From Candidatus Omnitrophota bacterium (GTDB taxonomy: Bacteria > Omnitrophota > Gorgyraeia > Aquiviventales > Aquiviventaceae): DNA of 64,000 nucleotides. The DNA is taken from the NCBI GenBank assembly GCA_016192545.1, contig JACPTX010000028.1:8686-72685 (forward strand), read 5' to 3'. Shown in pieces: positions 17,195-26,283 of the stretch (position 1 is its first letter; every line of letters starts with the position of its first letter). The notes beneath the pieces were generated by a model. The model was not told the DNA's origin. It worked only from the letters and a program-made list of their open reading frames with translations, and did not search any database. The translations under genes were made by a program, and so were the position numbers.

Positions 17195-18728
17195 CGTCAA
17201 GCGCGCGCTGCTGAGCTGCCACGATAAGGCCGGCCTGGACGTCTTCGCCAGGGGCCTGGCGGAGCTGGGGGTGGAGCTGGTGGCCTCGGGCGGGACCGCG
17301 GCGTTTTTGAAAGACCGCGGCCTGCGGGTCACGAGCGTCGAGGACTTCGCCGGCATCACCGAGCAGCTCGACGGGCGCGTCAAGACCTTGCATCCGAAGA
17401 TCCACGCCGGGATCCTGGCGCGCCGCGACGACCCCGCCCACGTGCAGGCCGTGGGGGCGGGCGGCCTGATTGACCTGGTGGTCGTCAACCTCTATCCGTT
17501 TGAAGCCACCAGCCGGAAATCCGGGGTGTCGCTCGCCGAGGCGGTCGAGCAGATTGACATCGGCGGCGTGGCGCTCCTCCGGGCGGCGGCGAAGAACTTT
17601 ACCGGGGTCGCGGTGGTGAGCGCGCCGCAGCAATACCTGCCGGTGCTGGACGCGCTGACACGCGGCAAGGGGGCGCTGCCGGATGCGCTGAGCCGGTCGC
17701 TGGCCACGGAGGCATTCCGCCTGACCAGCGCGTACGATCAGCTGATTGCCGGCTACCTGGCTCCGCGCGAGCCGGCCCCGTCATCCGAGCTGGTCACCGT
17801 GCAGGCGCGTCTGCGCCAGACCTTGCGCTACGGGGAGAATCCGCACCAGCGGGCCGGCTGGTATGTCCCGCCACCAGCGGAATCCGCTGGTGGGCTGGCA
17901 GGGCTTATCCAGCTGCAGGGTAAGGAGCTGACCTACAACAATCTGCTCGATCTGGACGCGGCGGTGCGGTGCCTGGCGGAGTTTGAGCGGCCGACCTGCG
18001 TCATCGTCAAGCACGCCTCGCCCTGCGGGATCGCCAGCGCCGCGAGCGCCGCCGAGGCGTACCAGCGCGCGCATGAGGCGGATACCGAGTCGGCGTTCGG
18101 GGGCATCGTCGCGCTCAACCGGCCGCTGGACATCCGGAGTGCCGAGCAGATGAGCCGGGTGTTTTTGGAGGTCATCATCGCCCCGAGCGTGGAGCCGCCG
18201 GCCAGGCAGGCCTTCGCCAAGAAACCGAACCTGAGGCTGCTGGAATGGCCGGCGGGAGAGGCGGCGGCAGGCTCGATGGAATGGCGGACCATCCTCGGCG
18301 GATGGCTGGCGCAGGAACCGGACCGCGCGGCGCTGGATGACTCGCTGCTGCGCGTCGTGACCACGCGGCAGCCGACCGAGGCCGAGCGCCGCGACCTGCG
18401 GTTCGCGTGGCTGTGCGCCAAACACGTGAAGTCCAACGCGATTGTGCTGGCGAAGGATGAAGCCACGGTCGGCATCGGGCAAGGACAGCCCAGCCGGCTG
18501 CGGGCGGTCCGGCTGGCGATTCAGAACGCCGGGGGCAGGGGCCGGGGGGCGGTGCTCGCCTCGGACGGATTCTTTCCGTTCCCCGATAATGTGGAGGCGG
18601 CGGCGCAGGCCGGTGTCGCCGCGCTCATTCAGCCCGGCGGGTCGGTGAAAGATGCGGACGTGACCGCCGCGGCGGACCGAGCGGGACTGGCAATGCTGTT
18701 CACGGGCCTGCGGCACTTTAAACATTGA
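17181..18728 (+). CDS. purH: bifunctional AICAR transformylase / IMP cyclohydrolase
   Basis: MGS-like N-domain (KRALLSCHDKAGL...LVASGGTA...) and AICARFT domain (...RYGENPHQ..., ...KHASPCGIA...). SD GGAGGAG precedes ATG 17181. Confidence 0.9.
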   Translation: MAAVNVKRALLSCHDKAGLDVFARGLAELGVELVASGGTAAFLKDRGLRVTSVEDFAGITEQLDGRVKTLHPKIHAGILARRDDPAHVQAVGAGGLIDLVVVNLYPFEATSRKSGVSLAEAVEQIDIGGVALLRAAAKNFTGVAVVSAPQQYLPVLDALTRGKGALPDALSRSLATEAFRLTSAYDQLIAGYLAPREPAPSSELVTVQARLRQTLRYGENPHQRAGWYVPPPAESAGGLAGLIQLQGKELTYNNLLDLDAAVRCLAEFERPTCVIVKHASPCGIASAASAAEAYQRAHEADTESAFGGIVALNRPLDIRSAEQMSRVFLEVIIAPSVEPPARQAFAKKPNLRLLEWPAGEAAAGSMEWRTILGGWLAQEPDRAALDDSLLRVVTTRQPTEAERRDLRFAWLCAKHVKSNAIVLAKDEATVGIGQGQPSRLRAVRLAIQNAGGRGRGAVLASDGFFPFPDNVEAAAQAGVAALIQPGGSVKDADVTAAADRAGLAMLFTGLRHFKH

Positions 18729-18733
18729 GTTAG

Positions 18734-19264
18734 ATGGACATTGACGCGTTGTGGCAGAAGGCGCTGAAGCAGACCGAGATTATCCGGACGCGCGCGCTGG
18801 ACCTGAGCGCCGTGGAGGCGACCGCGCTGCCGTATGTCTTTCTGGCGGAATCGTCGCTGAACCAGGGCGACACCGTCGTGCGCAGGGGCCACGTCCTCAT
18901 CGAGCGGCCCGCGCTGATCCTGCCCAGCGCGCAGCTGGAGGGGTTTGAGTTCGGGAAGGACTACCGCGTGAGCGAGGACGCGGTGCTGAATTTCCTCCTC
19001 GTGCGGGGCATCCGCTTCCCCTCGATGCGCTACCGCCACGAGCTGTCGTCGCTCGACCTGCGGGAGGGCCCGCTCACCCAGGCGATCGAGCATTTCACGG
19101 AGCGGCTGAAGCAGGGCGAGGACCTGAAGACCGGGCTGGTCGTCGGGCCGGAGGATGCGTGGCAGTTTTCCGTGCTCATCCTCGTCGGGGCCCTGGCGGT
19201 CCGGTCGGCCGAGGGCGACCTGCGGCGGCTCCTGGACGAATGGCACCGGCGCAAACCGTCATGA
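18734..19264 (+). CDS. conserved hypothetical protein
   Basis: 176-aa ORF between purH and folC with coding-like codon usage. Its stop overlaps the folC start (TCATGA). Family not recognised. Confidence 0.45.
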   Translation: MDIDALWQKALKQTEIIRTRALDLSAVEATALPYVFLAESSLNQGDTVVRRGHVLIERPALILPSAQLEGFEFGKDYRVSEDAVLNFLLVRGIRFPSMRYRHELSSLDLREGPLTQAIEHFTERLKQGEDLKTGLVVGPEDAWQFSVLILVGALAVRSAEGDLRRLLDEWHRRKPS

Positions 19265-20637
19265 CGTACGACGACGCGCTCCGCTTCCTCGACTCCTTGA
19301 CGAATTACGAGCGGACGCACGATCCGCAGGCGATGCGGCAGGTCAGCCTGGAGCGGATGCGGCGTCTCTGCGGCCGGCTGGGCGATCCGCAGCAGCGATT
19401 CCGCTCGATCCTCGTCGCCGGCACCAACGGCAAGGGCTCGATCTGCGCGATGCTCGACGCGATCCTGCGGGCGGCGGGCTTCCGGGTCGGCTTGTACACC
19501 TCGCCTCATCTGACCGATCCCCGCGAGCGCATCCGCGTCAGCGAGGGCGGGACGGGAGGGGAGGCCGGGTGGATCAGCCAGGAGGCGTTTGCCGCGGTCA
19601 TCGGGCGCCTGCAGCCCGCCATCGAGTCGGGCCGCAGCGACCCGGACGGCCCGCTGACGTACTTCGAGACGCTCACCGCGGCCGCCTGGCTGCACTTCGC
19701 GCAGCAGGGGGTGCACCTGGCGGTGCTCGAAGTGGGATTGGGCGGGCGGTGTGACGCGACGAACGTCGCCGAGCCGGCCGTGTCCGTGATCGGTCCGATC
19801 GGATTCGACCATGCCGACGTGCTCGGCCCGGATCTCCTGTCCATTGCCCGCGAGAAAGCCGCCATCATGCGGCCGGGCCGGCCGGTGGTCTCCGCCCAGC
19901 AGCCGCCGGAAGTCGCCGCGCTGCTGCGGGAGCTGGCGGCGCAGCACGAATCACCGCTGATCGAATACGGTCAGGCCGTTTCCGCGGACGTCATCACGCA
20001 CGATCCGCTCGGCGGGGTGTGTGTGTCCGTCCAGGGGACCCGCAGCCGCTATGAGGCCTTGCAGATTCCGCTGCTGGGCCGGCACCAGGCGCAGAACGCG
20101 GCCCTGGCGATTGCCGCGGTCGAATGGCTGTCCCGCGAGGGCAGCCCCTTTGCCGCGATCCGGGCGGGGCTGGGTCAGGTGTCCTGGCCCGGCCGTCTGG
20201 AGCTCGTCTGGGACAGCCCGCTGGTGCTGCTCGACGGCGCGCACAATCCCCCGGCGGCCCGCGCGCTGCGCGAGACGCTGGACGAGTTCTGGCCGGACCG
20301 CCCCGTGTCGCTGCTGCTGGGGATGTCCAGGGACAAGGCGGTGCGTGAGGTCGGCGAGATCCTGGCGGGCCGGGCGGAGACCATCGTCTGCACGCAGAGC
20401 GCCCATCCGCGGGCGTGCAATCCGAAACGCCTGGCGGCGCAGCTCAAGGGCCTGCCGTCCACGGTCGTGGCGATTCCTGACGCGGTGGATGCCTGCACGT
20501 ATCTGCTGAACACCGCCGACCCGGCCCGGCTGATCGTGGTCACCGGCTCGCTGTTTCTCGTGGGGCAGCTGCGGGCCGCCCTGAAGCGGGCCGAAGCGCA
20601 GCACGGCGTCATCGTCGCCGGACTCTCGCAGTCGTAA
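19261..20637 (+). CDS. folC: bifunctional folylpolyglutamate synthase / dihydrofolate synthase
   Basis: Mur-ligase family P-loop (VAGTNGKGS), ...SPHL... and a FolC-type C-domain. Confidence 0.85.
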   Translation: MTYDDALRFLDSLTNYERTHDPQAMRQVSLERMRRLCGRLGDPQQRFRSILVAGTNGKGSICAMLDAILRAAGFRVGLYTSPHLTDPRERIRVSEGGTGGEAGWISQEAFAAVIGRLQPAIESGRSDPDGPLTYFETLTAAAWLHFAQQGVHLAVLEVGLGGRCDATNVAEPAVSVIGPIGFDHADVLGPDLLSIAREKAAIMRPGRPVVSAQQPPEVAALLRELAAQHESPLIEYGQAVSADVITHDPLGGVCVSVQGTRSRYEALQIPLLGRHQAQNAALAIAAVEWLSREGSPFAAIRAGLGQVSWPGRLELVWDSPLVLLDGAHNPPAARALRETLDEFWPDRPVSLLLGMSRDKAVREVGEILAGRAETIVCTQSAHPRACNPKRLAAQLKGLPSTVVAIPDAVDACTYLLNTADPARLIVVTGSLFLVGQLRAALKRAEAQHGVIVAGLSQS

Positions 20638-20652
20638 ACGGGAGGAGGCGTT

Positions 20653-20838
20653 ATGCCGGTCATCACCATCGAGTGGCTCGAGGGGCGCAGCGCCCGGCAG
20701 AAGGCGCAGCTGGCGCGCGCGATCACGGAGGCGTTCGTCGAGGCCGCCAAGGTCTCGCCCGAGCAGGTGTGGATCGTGTTCCGGGACGTGGCCCGCGCGG
20801 ACTGGGCCATGGGTGGGAAACTCCTCAGCGACCGCTAG
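20653..20838 (+). CDS. 4-oxalocrotonate tautomerase family protein
   Basis: 61 aa with Pro immediately after Met (MPVITIEW...), typical tautomerase superfamily size. SD GGAGGAGG upstream. Confidence 0.7.
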   Translation: MPVITIEWLEGRSARQKAQLARAITEAFVEAAKVSPEQVWIVFRDVARADWAMGGKLLSDR

Positions 20839-21662
20839 TCCGGCGCGTTCAGATAGTCGGTGTAGTCCGCGACGCCGAAGAGCTCTTCCTTGATCGCGCG
20901 GATGCGCTCCGGCACGAAGGGGTGGGTCATCCCGTACTGCGGCCGCACGACGCCGCGCGGCAGATACCGCAGGCGGTCGTGCTCCCACTCCTGCAGGTGC
21001 TCCAGAAACGTGAGCGCGGCCGCCGGGTCGAATCCCGCCGCCTTCAGATACCGCACCGCCAGGCGGTCCGCCTCCAATTCATCCTGCCTCGCGTAGGCCA
21101 ACTGCGCCGCCTGTATCGCCACCCCCACACCCCGCGCGGCCTTCGCCTCGCGGCCCGCGGCCAGCGACGCCAACTGGATGAGCTGCAGCCCCAGGTTCGT
21201 TTCGAAGCGCTTGACCGAGTGGCGCGCCGCGATGTGGGCGATTTCATGCGCCAGGACCGAGGCCAGCTCGTCGTCGCGCTCCGCCTTCTTCACCAGCCCT
21301 GAGTTGACGAAGACGTACCCCCCGGGCAGGGAAAAGGCGTTGACCTCCTTGTCCTCCACCACCGCGAAGCTGTAGATGAGCTCCTTGCGGTCGCACACCG
21401 CCGCCAGCCGGTCGCCGATGCCGCGGACCCGCGCCTGCATCGGCTCATCCGCGATAAGGGTGAGCTCCGCCTCGACCTGCCGGGCGAGCTTCCGGCCCAC
21501 CTCGACCTCCTTCTCGGTGGACGTGATCGAATATTCCTGGCGCTGGGTGGCGAGGCCGTAGCTGGTGGACACGCAGCCGGGCGCAGTGAGGGCCGCGAGG
21601 AGCGTAATGCGGAGCGCGAGCGGGGCGTTACAGTTGCACGCCGGATTGGCGGAGAATCGCAT
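20835..21662 (-). CDS. M48-family zinc metallopeptidase lipoprotein
   Basis: HEIAH motif (VLAHEIAHIAARH), ...ELEADR... third ligand region and an N-terminal lipobox (LTAPGC). Confidence 0.8.
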   Translation of the reverse strand: MRFSANPACNCNAPLALRITLLAALTAPGCVSTSYGLATQRQEYSITSTEKEVEVGRKLARQVEAELTLIADEPMQARVRGIGDRLAAVCDRKELIYSFAVVEDKEVNAFSLPGGYVFVNSGLVKKAERDDELASVLAHEIAHIAARHSVKRFETNLGLQLIQLASLAAGREAKAARGVGVAIQAAQLAYARQDELEADRLAVRYLKAAGFDPAAALTFLEHLQEWEHDRLRYLPRGVVRPQYGMTHPFVPERIRAIKEELFGVADYTDYLNAPD

Positions 21663-22107
21663 CCAGTTCCGGCATCTGCTGGAGCAAGCGGTTGATGAGG
21701 TAGGGCGTCGCCAGGAAGAGCAGCACCGCCCCCAGCACCACGGTCGTCCACGTCCAGCGGGCCGCGGCGGAAAAATGCGGGCTGCGCCACAGGAGGGGCA
21801 GCGCCACCGGGCCGAGCAGCAGCAGCATGGCGACGACGTAGGGCCGCCGGTAGTACCAATCCAGCGGCCGGCCGCTCATCTGCGCGGTCTTGTAGGCATC
21901 GACGATCGCCGAGGTCCACACGACGAACAACGCCAGCGCCGCCGTGACGCGCGAAATCCCCGCCAGCCAGGTGGTGGCCAGGACCAGCGCCAGGCAGGCC
22001 CCGCACAGCACCCAGGCTTTCGCGCGCTGCCCGTTGTAGAGCTGGCCCAGGCCCGGGGCAAGGGAAAGCCCTGCGGCCACCCACGGGTTCTTCGTCGAGG
22101 TCGTCAT
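21628..22107 (-). CDS. small integral membrane protein
   Basis: ~160 aa with 3-4 hydrophobic helices. Start chosen at the internal Met (MTTSTKNPW...) of the 177-aa ORF. Confidence 0.45.
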   Translation of the reverse strand: MTTSTKNPWVAAGLSLAPGLGQLYNGQRAKAWVLCGACLALVLATTWLAGISRVTAALALFVVWTSAIVDAYKTAQMSGRPLDWYYRRPYVVAMLLLLGPVALPLLWRSPHFSAAARWTWTTVVLGAVLLFLATPYLINRLLQQMPELDAILRQSGVQL

Positions 22108-22232
22108 CTTCACGGTTGCTTCCGAGGCGCGTGGGACTGTTGAGGGAGCTTGCGTTTCCACGACGCTGGGGTTATGATAGGTGCTTCTGAACTTAACACA
22201 GCCAACCGCACACGGTCAAGGAGATTCCCGCA

Positions 22233-22835
22233 ATGCATCCATCGCGACCTGTTGTTGTTTGGTGGCTTGCCGGCGGGCTGGTGGTCAGCAGCGCCCTGGC
22301 AGCCAAGTTCGTGTTCGACAAGCGCCGGCTGGCGACCGCCTATGAGCAGGCCAAGGTCTCCCTGGCCCAGCTGGAGCGGGAACGGACCCACCTCAGCCAG
22401 GAGCTCGCTCAGGCCAAGGAGACGATGACGGACCAGGCGGAGGAGATCGGCAGCCTCGAGCAGGAACTGAACAACCTGCAAAGCCGCTTCGATCTCGCCG
22501 AACAGGAGGTCTGGCGCCTGCAGACCGAGCAATTGGCGCTCCGCGAGGCGAATGACGGCATCAGCCGGCGGCTGGCGGCGGCCGTCCAGGACAAGCAGGC
22601 GCTGGAAGCCCGCTTGTCCTCGCTGAAAGAGCTCAAGCTGGCCATGCAGGCCGTCCGGCGCAAGCTGCGCGATGAGCGCTGGCAGGCGTGGCTCGCGCGC
22701 ATCCGCGTGCAGAGAGTTCACGACCAGCAGCAGCTGGCCAACGGCAACCGGGGGTACGTGGTCCGCAACGGCGTGCCGACCCTCGGCGAGCCGACCCGGC
22801 TCCAGGTGCGCGTGCTTGACCCTCAAACGCCCTGA
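22233..22835 (+). CDS. membrane-anchored coiled-coil protein
   Basis: N-terminal TM segment followed by a long heptad-repeat Gln/Glu/Leu-rich region. Confidence 0.5.
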   Translation: MHPSRPVVVWWLAGGLVVSSALAAKFVFDKRRLATAYEQAKVSLAQLERERTHLSQELAQAKETMTDQAEEIGSLEQELNNLQSRFDLAEQEVWRLQTEQLALREANDGISRRLAAAVQDKQALEARLSSLKELKLAMQAVRRKLRDERWQAWLARIRVQRVHDQQQLANGNRGYVVRNGVPTLGEPTRLQVRVLDPQTP

Positions 22836-22850
22836 GCAGCGAACACCTTC

Positions 22851-23303
22851 ATGACGGCCCTCACGGCCTGGTGGCAGAACCAGGTGTTCTGGACGTGGTT
22901 TGTGGCCTGTATTATCGCCCAGGTGACGAAAATCGCGCTGGGAGCCGTTCGCCAACGCCGCTTTGACTTCCGCTGGCTCGTCGGGACCGGCGGCATGCCC
23001 AGCACCCACGCCGCCGGCGTTGCCGCCCTCAGCACCGCCATCGGCCTGCATGTGGGGTTTGACACCCCCCTCTTCGCCATCGCCGTCGTCTTCACGGTGA
23101 TCACCCTCTTCGATGCGCAAGGGGTGCGCCGCTGGAGCGGCAAGCAGGCGCAGATCCTCAACAAGATGCTCGAGGATATTTACTTCAAGCGGCGGATTCA
23201 GGACGAACGCGTCAAAGAGCTCCTCGGCCATACCCCCACCGAGGTGCTGGCGGGAATGGGGATGGGGATCGTCACGGCGTTGGCCATGCACGCGAGCGGG
23301 TGA
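22851..23303 (+). CDS. divergent PAP2 family membrane protein
   Basis: 150 aa with the ...GGMPSTHAA... motif characteristic of the divergent PAP2 (DUF212) family. Confidence 0.65.
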   Translation: MTALTAWWQNQVFWTWFVACIIAQVTKIALGAVRQRRFDFRWLVGTGGMPSTHAAGVAALSTAIGLHVGFDTPLFAIAVVFTVITLFDAQGVRRWSGKQAQILNKMLEDIYFKRRIQDERVKELLGHTPTEVLAGMGMGIVTALAMHASG

Positions 23304-23312
23304 GGAGTCGAG

Positions 23313-24221
23313 ATGCGTCGGCAGGGATGGATCGGGTTGCTTGTCGGGGTGGGGATCGTCATCGGGGCAGGCTGTTTGGTCTGGGCCGCATCGCAGGGAT
23401 GGATCGGCGGCACGGCACGGCGCCTCCTGACCACGGCTCAACGCGCCGCCGAGCGCGGGGATGTCGGCGCGGCGCAGGCGAATCTCGAAGAGCTCATCGG
23501 CACGCAGCCGGATTCGCCGCTCGTGGATGACGCGCTGCTGACCCTGGCGCAGGTCTACGAGCAGCAGCAGCAGCTCGTCGAGGCGCGGGCGACCTACCAG
23601 CTCTTGCTGCAGCAGTTCCCCAGCTCGCCGCTGTCGGCCCACAGCCAATCGCGTCTGGGGGTGCTCAATGTCGCCCTCCTGTTTTCCCCCGCCGTCACCG
23701 ACCTCGACGCCACGTATGAGGTCAAGACCGGGGACACCCTGGGCAAAATCGCCTCGGCCCATCACACCACCGTGGAGCTGATCAAGAAGGCCAACGGGCT
23801 GAAGGGCGATGTGATTCACCCCCGGCAGGCGCTCAAGGTTCCCAAGGGGCCGTTCCGCATCGTCGTGGATAAATCGCAGAACGAGCTCCTCCTGACGGCG
23901 GGCAACCAGTTTTTCAAGCTCTACCCGGTGGCGACCGGCAAGGACGACTCGACTCCGGCCGGCACCTTCAAGATTGTCAACAAAATCCCCAATCCCGTCT
24001 GGTACCGCCAGGGCGCGGTGGTCCCGCCCGACAGCCCCGAGAACATCCTCGGCACGCGCTGGCTGGGGCTGGACAAGCAGGGCTACGGCATTCACGGCTC
24101 GATTGACCCAACGGCCGTCGGACAGTCCGTCACCGCGGGCTGCGTGCGGATGACCAACGCGGACGTGGAAGAGCTATTCGCCATCGTGCCGACGGGGACC
24201 GAAGTCGCCATCGTCGATTAG
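23313..24221 (+). CDS. L,D-transpeptidase with LysM domain
   Basis: LysM motif (YEVKTGDTLGKIASAHHTTVELIKKANGL) and YkuD catalytic domain (...HGS...SVTAGCVRM). Confidence 0.75.
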   Translation: MRRQGWIGLLVGVGIVIGAGCLVWAASQGWIGGTARRLLTTAQRAAERGDVGAAQANLEELIGTQPDSPLVDDALLTLAQVYEQQQQLVEARATYQLLLQQFPSSPLSAHSQSRLGVLNVALLFSPAVTDLDATYEVKTGDTLGKIASAHHTTVELIKKANGLKGDVIHPRQALKVPKGPFRIVVDKSQNELLLTAGNQFFKLYPVATGKDDSTPAGTFKIVNKIPNPVWYRQGAVVPPDSPENILGTRWLGLDKQGYGIHGSIDPTAVGQSVTAGCVRMTNADVEELFAIVPTGTEVAIVD

Positions 24222-24252
24222 TGCATCCTTCCGGTCCCCTCCGGACCGCGCC

Positions 24253-25242
24253 ATGAGCATTGACGGGTTCTACCGGTACGAATTCGAAAAGCCCATCGCG
24301 GAGCTGGAGCGCCGCCTGCAGGAGCTGCGCAAGGGCGGCGAGCGCAAGGCCGATCCGGCCGCCACCCGTACGCTCGAGGCGCAGCTCGAGCAGCTCAAGC
24401 GCAAGGTCTACGGCAACCTCACCGCCTGGCAGCGCGTCCAGCTGGCCCGCCACCCGCTGCGGCCCTATACCCTCGATTACGTCCAGCGCCTGATGACCGA
24501 CTTCGTGGAGCTCCACGGGGACCGGCTCTACGGCGATGACAAGGCGATGGTCGGGGGGGTGGCCCGCCTGGAGGGTCGGGCCTGCTTCGTCATCGGCCAC
24601 CAGAAGGGGCGGGAGACGCGGGAGAATCTCATCCGGAATTTCGGGATGGCGCACCCCGAGGGCTACCGCAAGGCCCTGCGGTTCATGCGCCTGGCGGAAA
24701 AATTCCGCCTGCCCGTGGTCATCTGCATCGATACGCCCGGCGCGTATCCGGGCATCGGCGCCGAGGAGCGGGGGCAGGCGCATTCCATCGCCCACAACAT
24801 GCGCGAGATGGCCCGCATCAAGAGCCCGATCTATCTGTGCGTGATCGGCGAGGGCGGCTCGGGCGGGGCGCTGGGCGTCGGGGTCGGCGACTGGGTGGCG
24901 ATGCTGGAAAACGCCTACTACTCGGTGATCTCGCCGGAGGGCTGCGCCTCGATCCTGTGGCGCGACCGGGCCCGGGCGCCGGAGGCGGCGGAAGCGCTGA
25001 AGATGACGGCCCGGGACCTGCTGAGCTTGGGGCTGGTGGATGAGATCCTGCGGGAGCCGCCGGGCGGGGCGCATCACGACCCGGCGGTGGTCGCGCAGCA
25101 AGTCAAGGAATCGATCCTGCGGTTCTGGAAGTCCGTCGAGGGGCTCTCGACGGAGGAGCTGCTCAAGCGCCGCTACGAGCGGTTCAGACGCATCGGCATC
25201 TACACGACCGCCGACCTGTCCCCGTTCCCACCCCCCGCCTAA
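24253..25242 (+). CDS. accA: acetyl-CoA carboxylase carboxyltransferase alpha subunit
   Basis: Characteristic AccA motifs (...RPYTLDY..., ...CFVIGHQKGRETRENL..., ...TPGAYPGIGAEERGQ..., ...VIGEGGSGGAL...). Confidence 0.9.
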   Translation: MSIDGFYRYEFEKPIAELERRLQELRKGGERKADPAATRTLEAQLEQLKRKVYGNLTAWQRVQLARHPLRPYTLDYVQRLMTDFVELHGDRLYGDDKAMVGGVARLEGRACFVIGHQKGRETRENLIRNFGMAHPEGYRKALRFMRLAEKFRLPVVICIDTPGAYPGIGAEERGQAHSIAHNMREMARIKSPIYLCVIGEGGSGGALGVGVGDWVAMLENAYYSVISPEGCASILWRDRARAPEAAEALKMTARDLLSLGLVDEILREPPGGAHHDPAVVAQQVKESILRFWKSVEGLSTEELLKRRYERFRRIGIYTTADLSPFPPPA

Positions 25243-25356
25243 AGCCAGCTCTCGAAATTTGAGATTTGAAATTAGACCGCATTTGAAATGTTTACCGTCC
25301 ACTTTCTCATCTCACATTTCAAATGCTCTGCGATTTTCGCCAGAGGCGAAAATCGC
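25243..25356. terminator. AT-rich convergent terminator region between accA and tRNA-Leu: 12-bp perfect IR (GCATTTGAAATG/CATTTCAAATGC) plus hairpin GCGATTTTCGCC-AGAG-GCGAAAATCGC
   Basis: Locally ~35-40% GC in a ~68% GC genome. Repeated TTTGAAAT units; the 12/12-bp hairpin ends at the tRNA-Leu 3' end. Confidence 0.4.
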
Positions 25357-25440
25357 TGCCGGGGGTGGGAATCGAACCCACATGACCTTTCGGTCACGGG
25401 TTTTTGAGACCCGCGCGTATACCGGTTCCGCCACCCCGGC
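25357..25440 (-). tRNA. tRNA-Leu (anticodon CAA), type II with long variable arm, CCA not encoded
   Basis: Reverse complement folds as acceptor GCCGGGG/CCCCGGC, anticodon stem-loop CGGGU-CUCAAAA-ACCCG, extra arm GUGACCGAAAGGUCA, T-arm GUGGG-UUCGAUU-CCCAC. Confidence 0.85.
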
Positions 25441-25506
25441 GTACAATGCCGGTGTCTGGCTCCCCGCTGGCGGTGACCCTGGGCGGGGTGCCTGACACCG
25501 GAAGGA

Positions 25507-26259
25507 TCATCGTTTTTCAAGAAACGGCTTGATGAGGTCGATGGGGATGGGGAAGATGGTCGTCGAGTTCTTTTCGGTGGCGATTTCCGCCAGGGTCTGC
25601 AGGTAGCGCATCTGCAGGGCCATCGGCTGCTCGCTCATGATTCGAGCGGCCTCCACCAGTTTTTGGGCAGCCTGGAACTCCCCATCGGCCCCGATGATCT
25701 TCGCCCGCTTGACCCGCTCCGCCTCAGCTTGGCTTGCCATCACCCGCCGCATCTCTTCCGGCAGGTCCACGTGCTTGATTTCCACCGCCGAGACCTTCAC
25801 GCCCCACGGATCGGTCTGTTTATCGATAATGGCCTGGAGCCGTTGGTTGAGCGTCTCGCGATGGGCGAGCAGCTCGTCGAGCTCGACCTGCCCCAGCACG
25901 CTGCGCAGCGTGGTCTGGGCCATCTGCGAGGTCGCGAACAGGTAGTCCTCCACCTCGACGACGGCCTTGTTGGGCTCGAGGACCCGGAAATAGATGACCG
26001 CGTTCACCTTGATGGACACGTTGTCTTTCGTGATGACGTCCTGCGGCGGCACGTCCAGCGCGACCGTGCGCAGGCTGATGCGCAGGAGCCGGTCGATGGG
26101 CCAGATGATGAACACCAGGCCCGGCCCCATCGGCTTCGGGGTCAGGCGGCCGAGGCGGAACACCACGCCCCGCTCGTATTCCCGCAGGATCTTGACGCAG
26201 TTGACGATGTACAGCACGACGAGCACGACCGGCAAGCTCACTCCCCCGAAGAACGGCAT
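25507..26259 (-). CDS. SPFH/band-7 (stomatin/prohibitin-like) membrane protein
   Basis: N-terminal TM helix then SPFH domain (...[12 protein letters not shown]..., ...[15 protein letters not shown]...) and a coiled-coil tail. Confidence 0.8.
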   Translation of the reverse strand: MPFFGGVSLPVVLVVLYIVNCVKILREYERGVVFRLGRLTPKPMGPGLVFIIWPIDRLLRISLRTVALDVPPQDVITKDNVSIKVNAVIYFRVLEPNKAVVEVEDYLFATSQMAQTTLRSVLGQVELDELLAHRETLNQRLQAIIDKQTDPWGVKVSAVEIKHVDLPEEMRRVMASQAEAERVKRAKIIGADGEFQAAQKLVEAARIMSEQPMALQMRYLQTLAEIATEKNSTTIFPIPIDLIKPFLEKR

Positions 26260-26283
26260 CGCTGACCTCCGCGTTTCCTGTGG

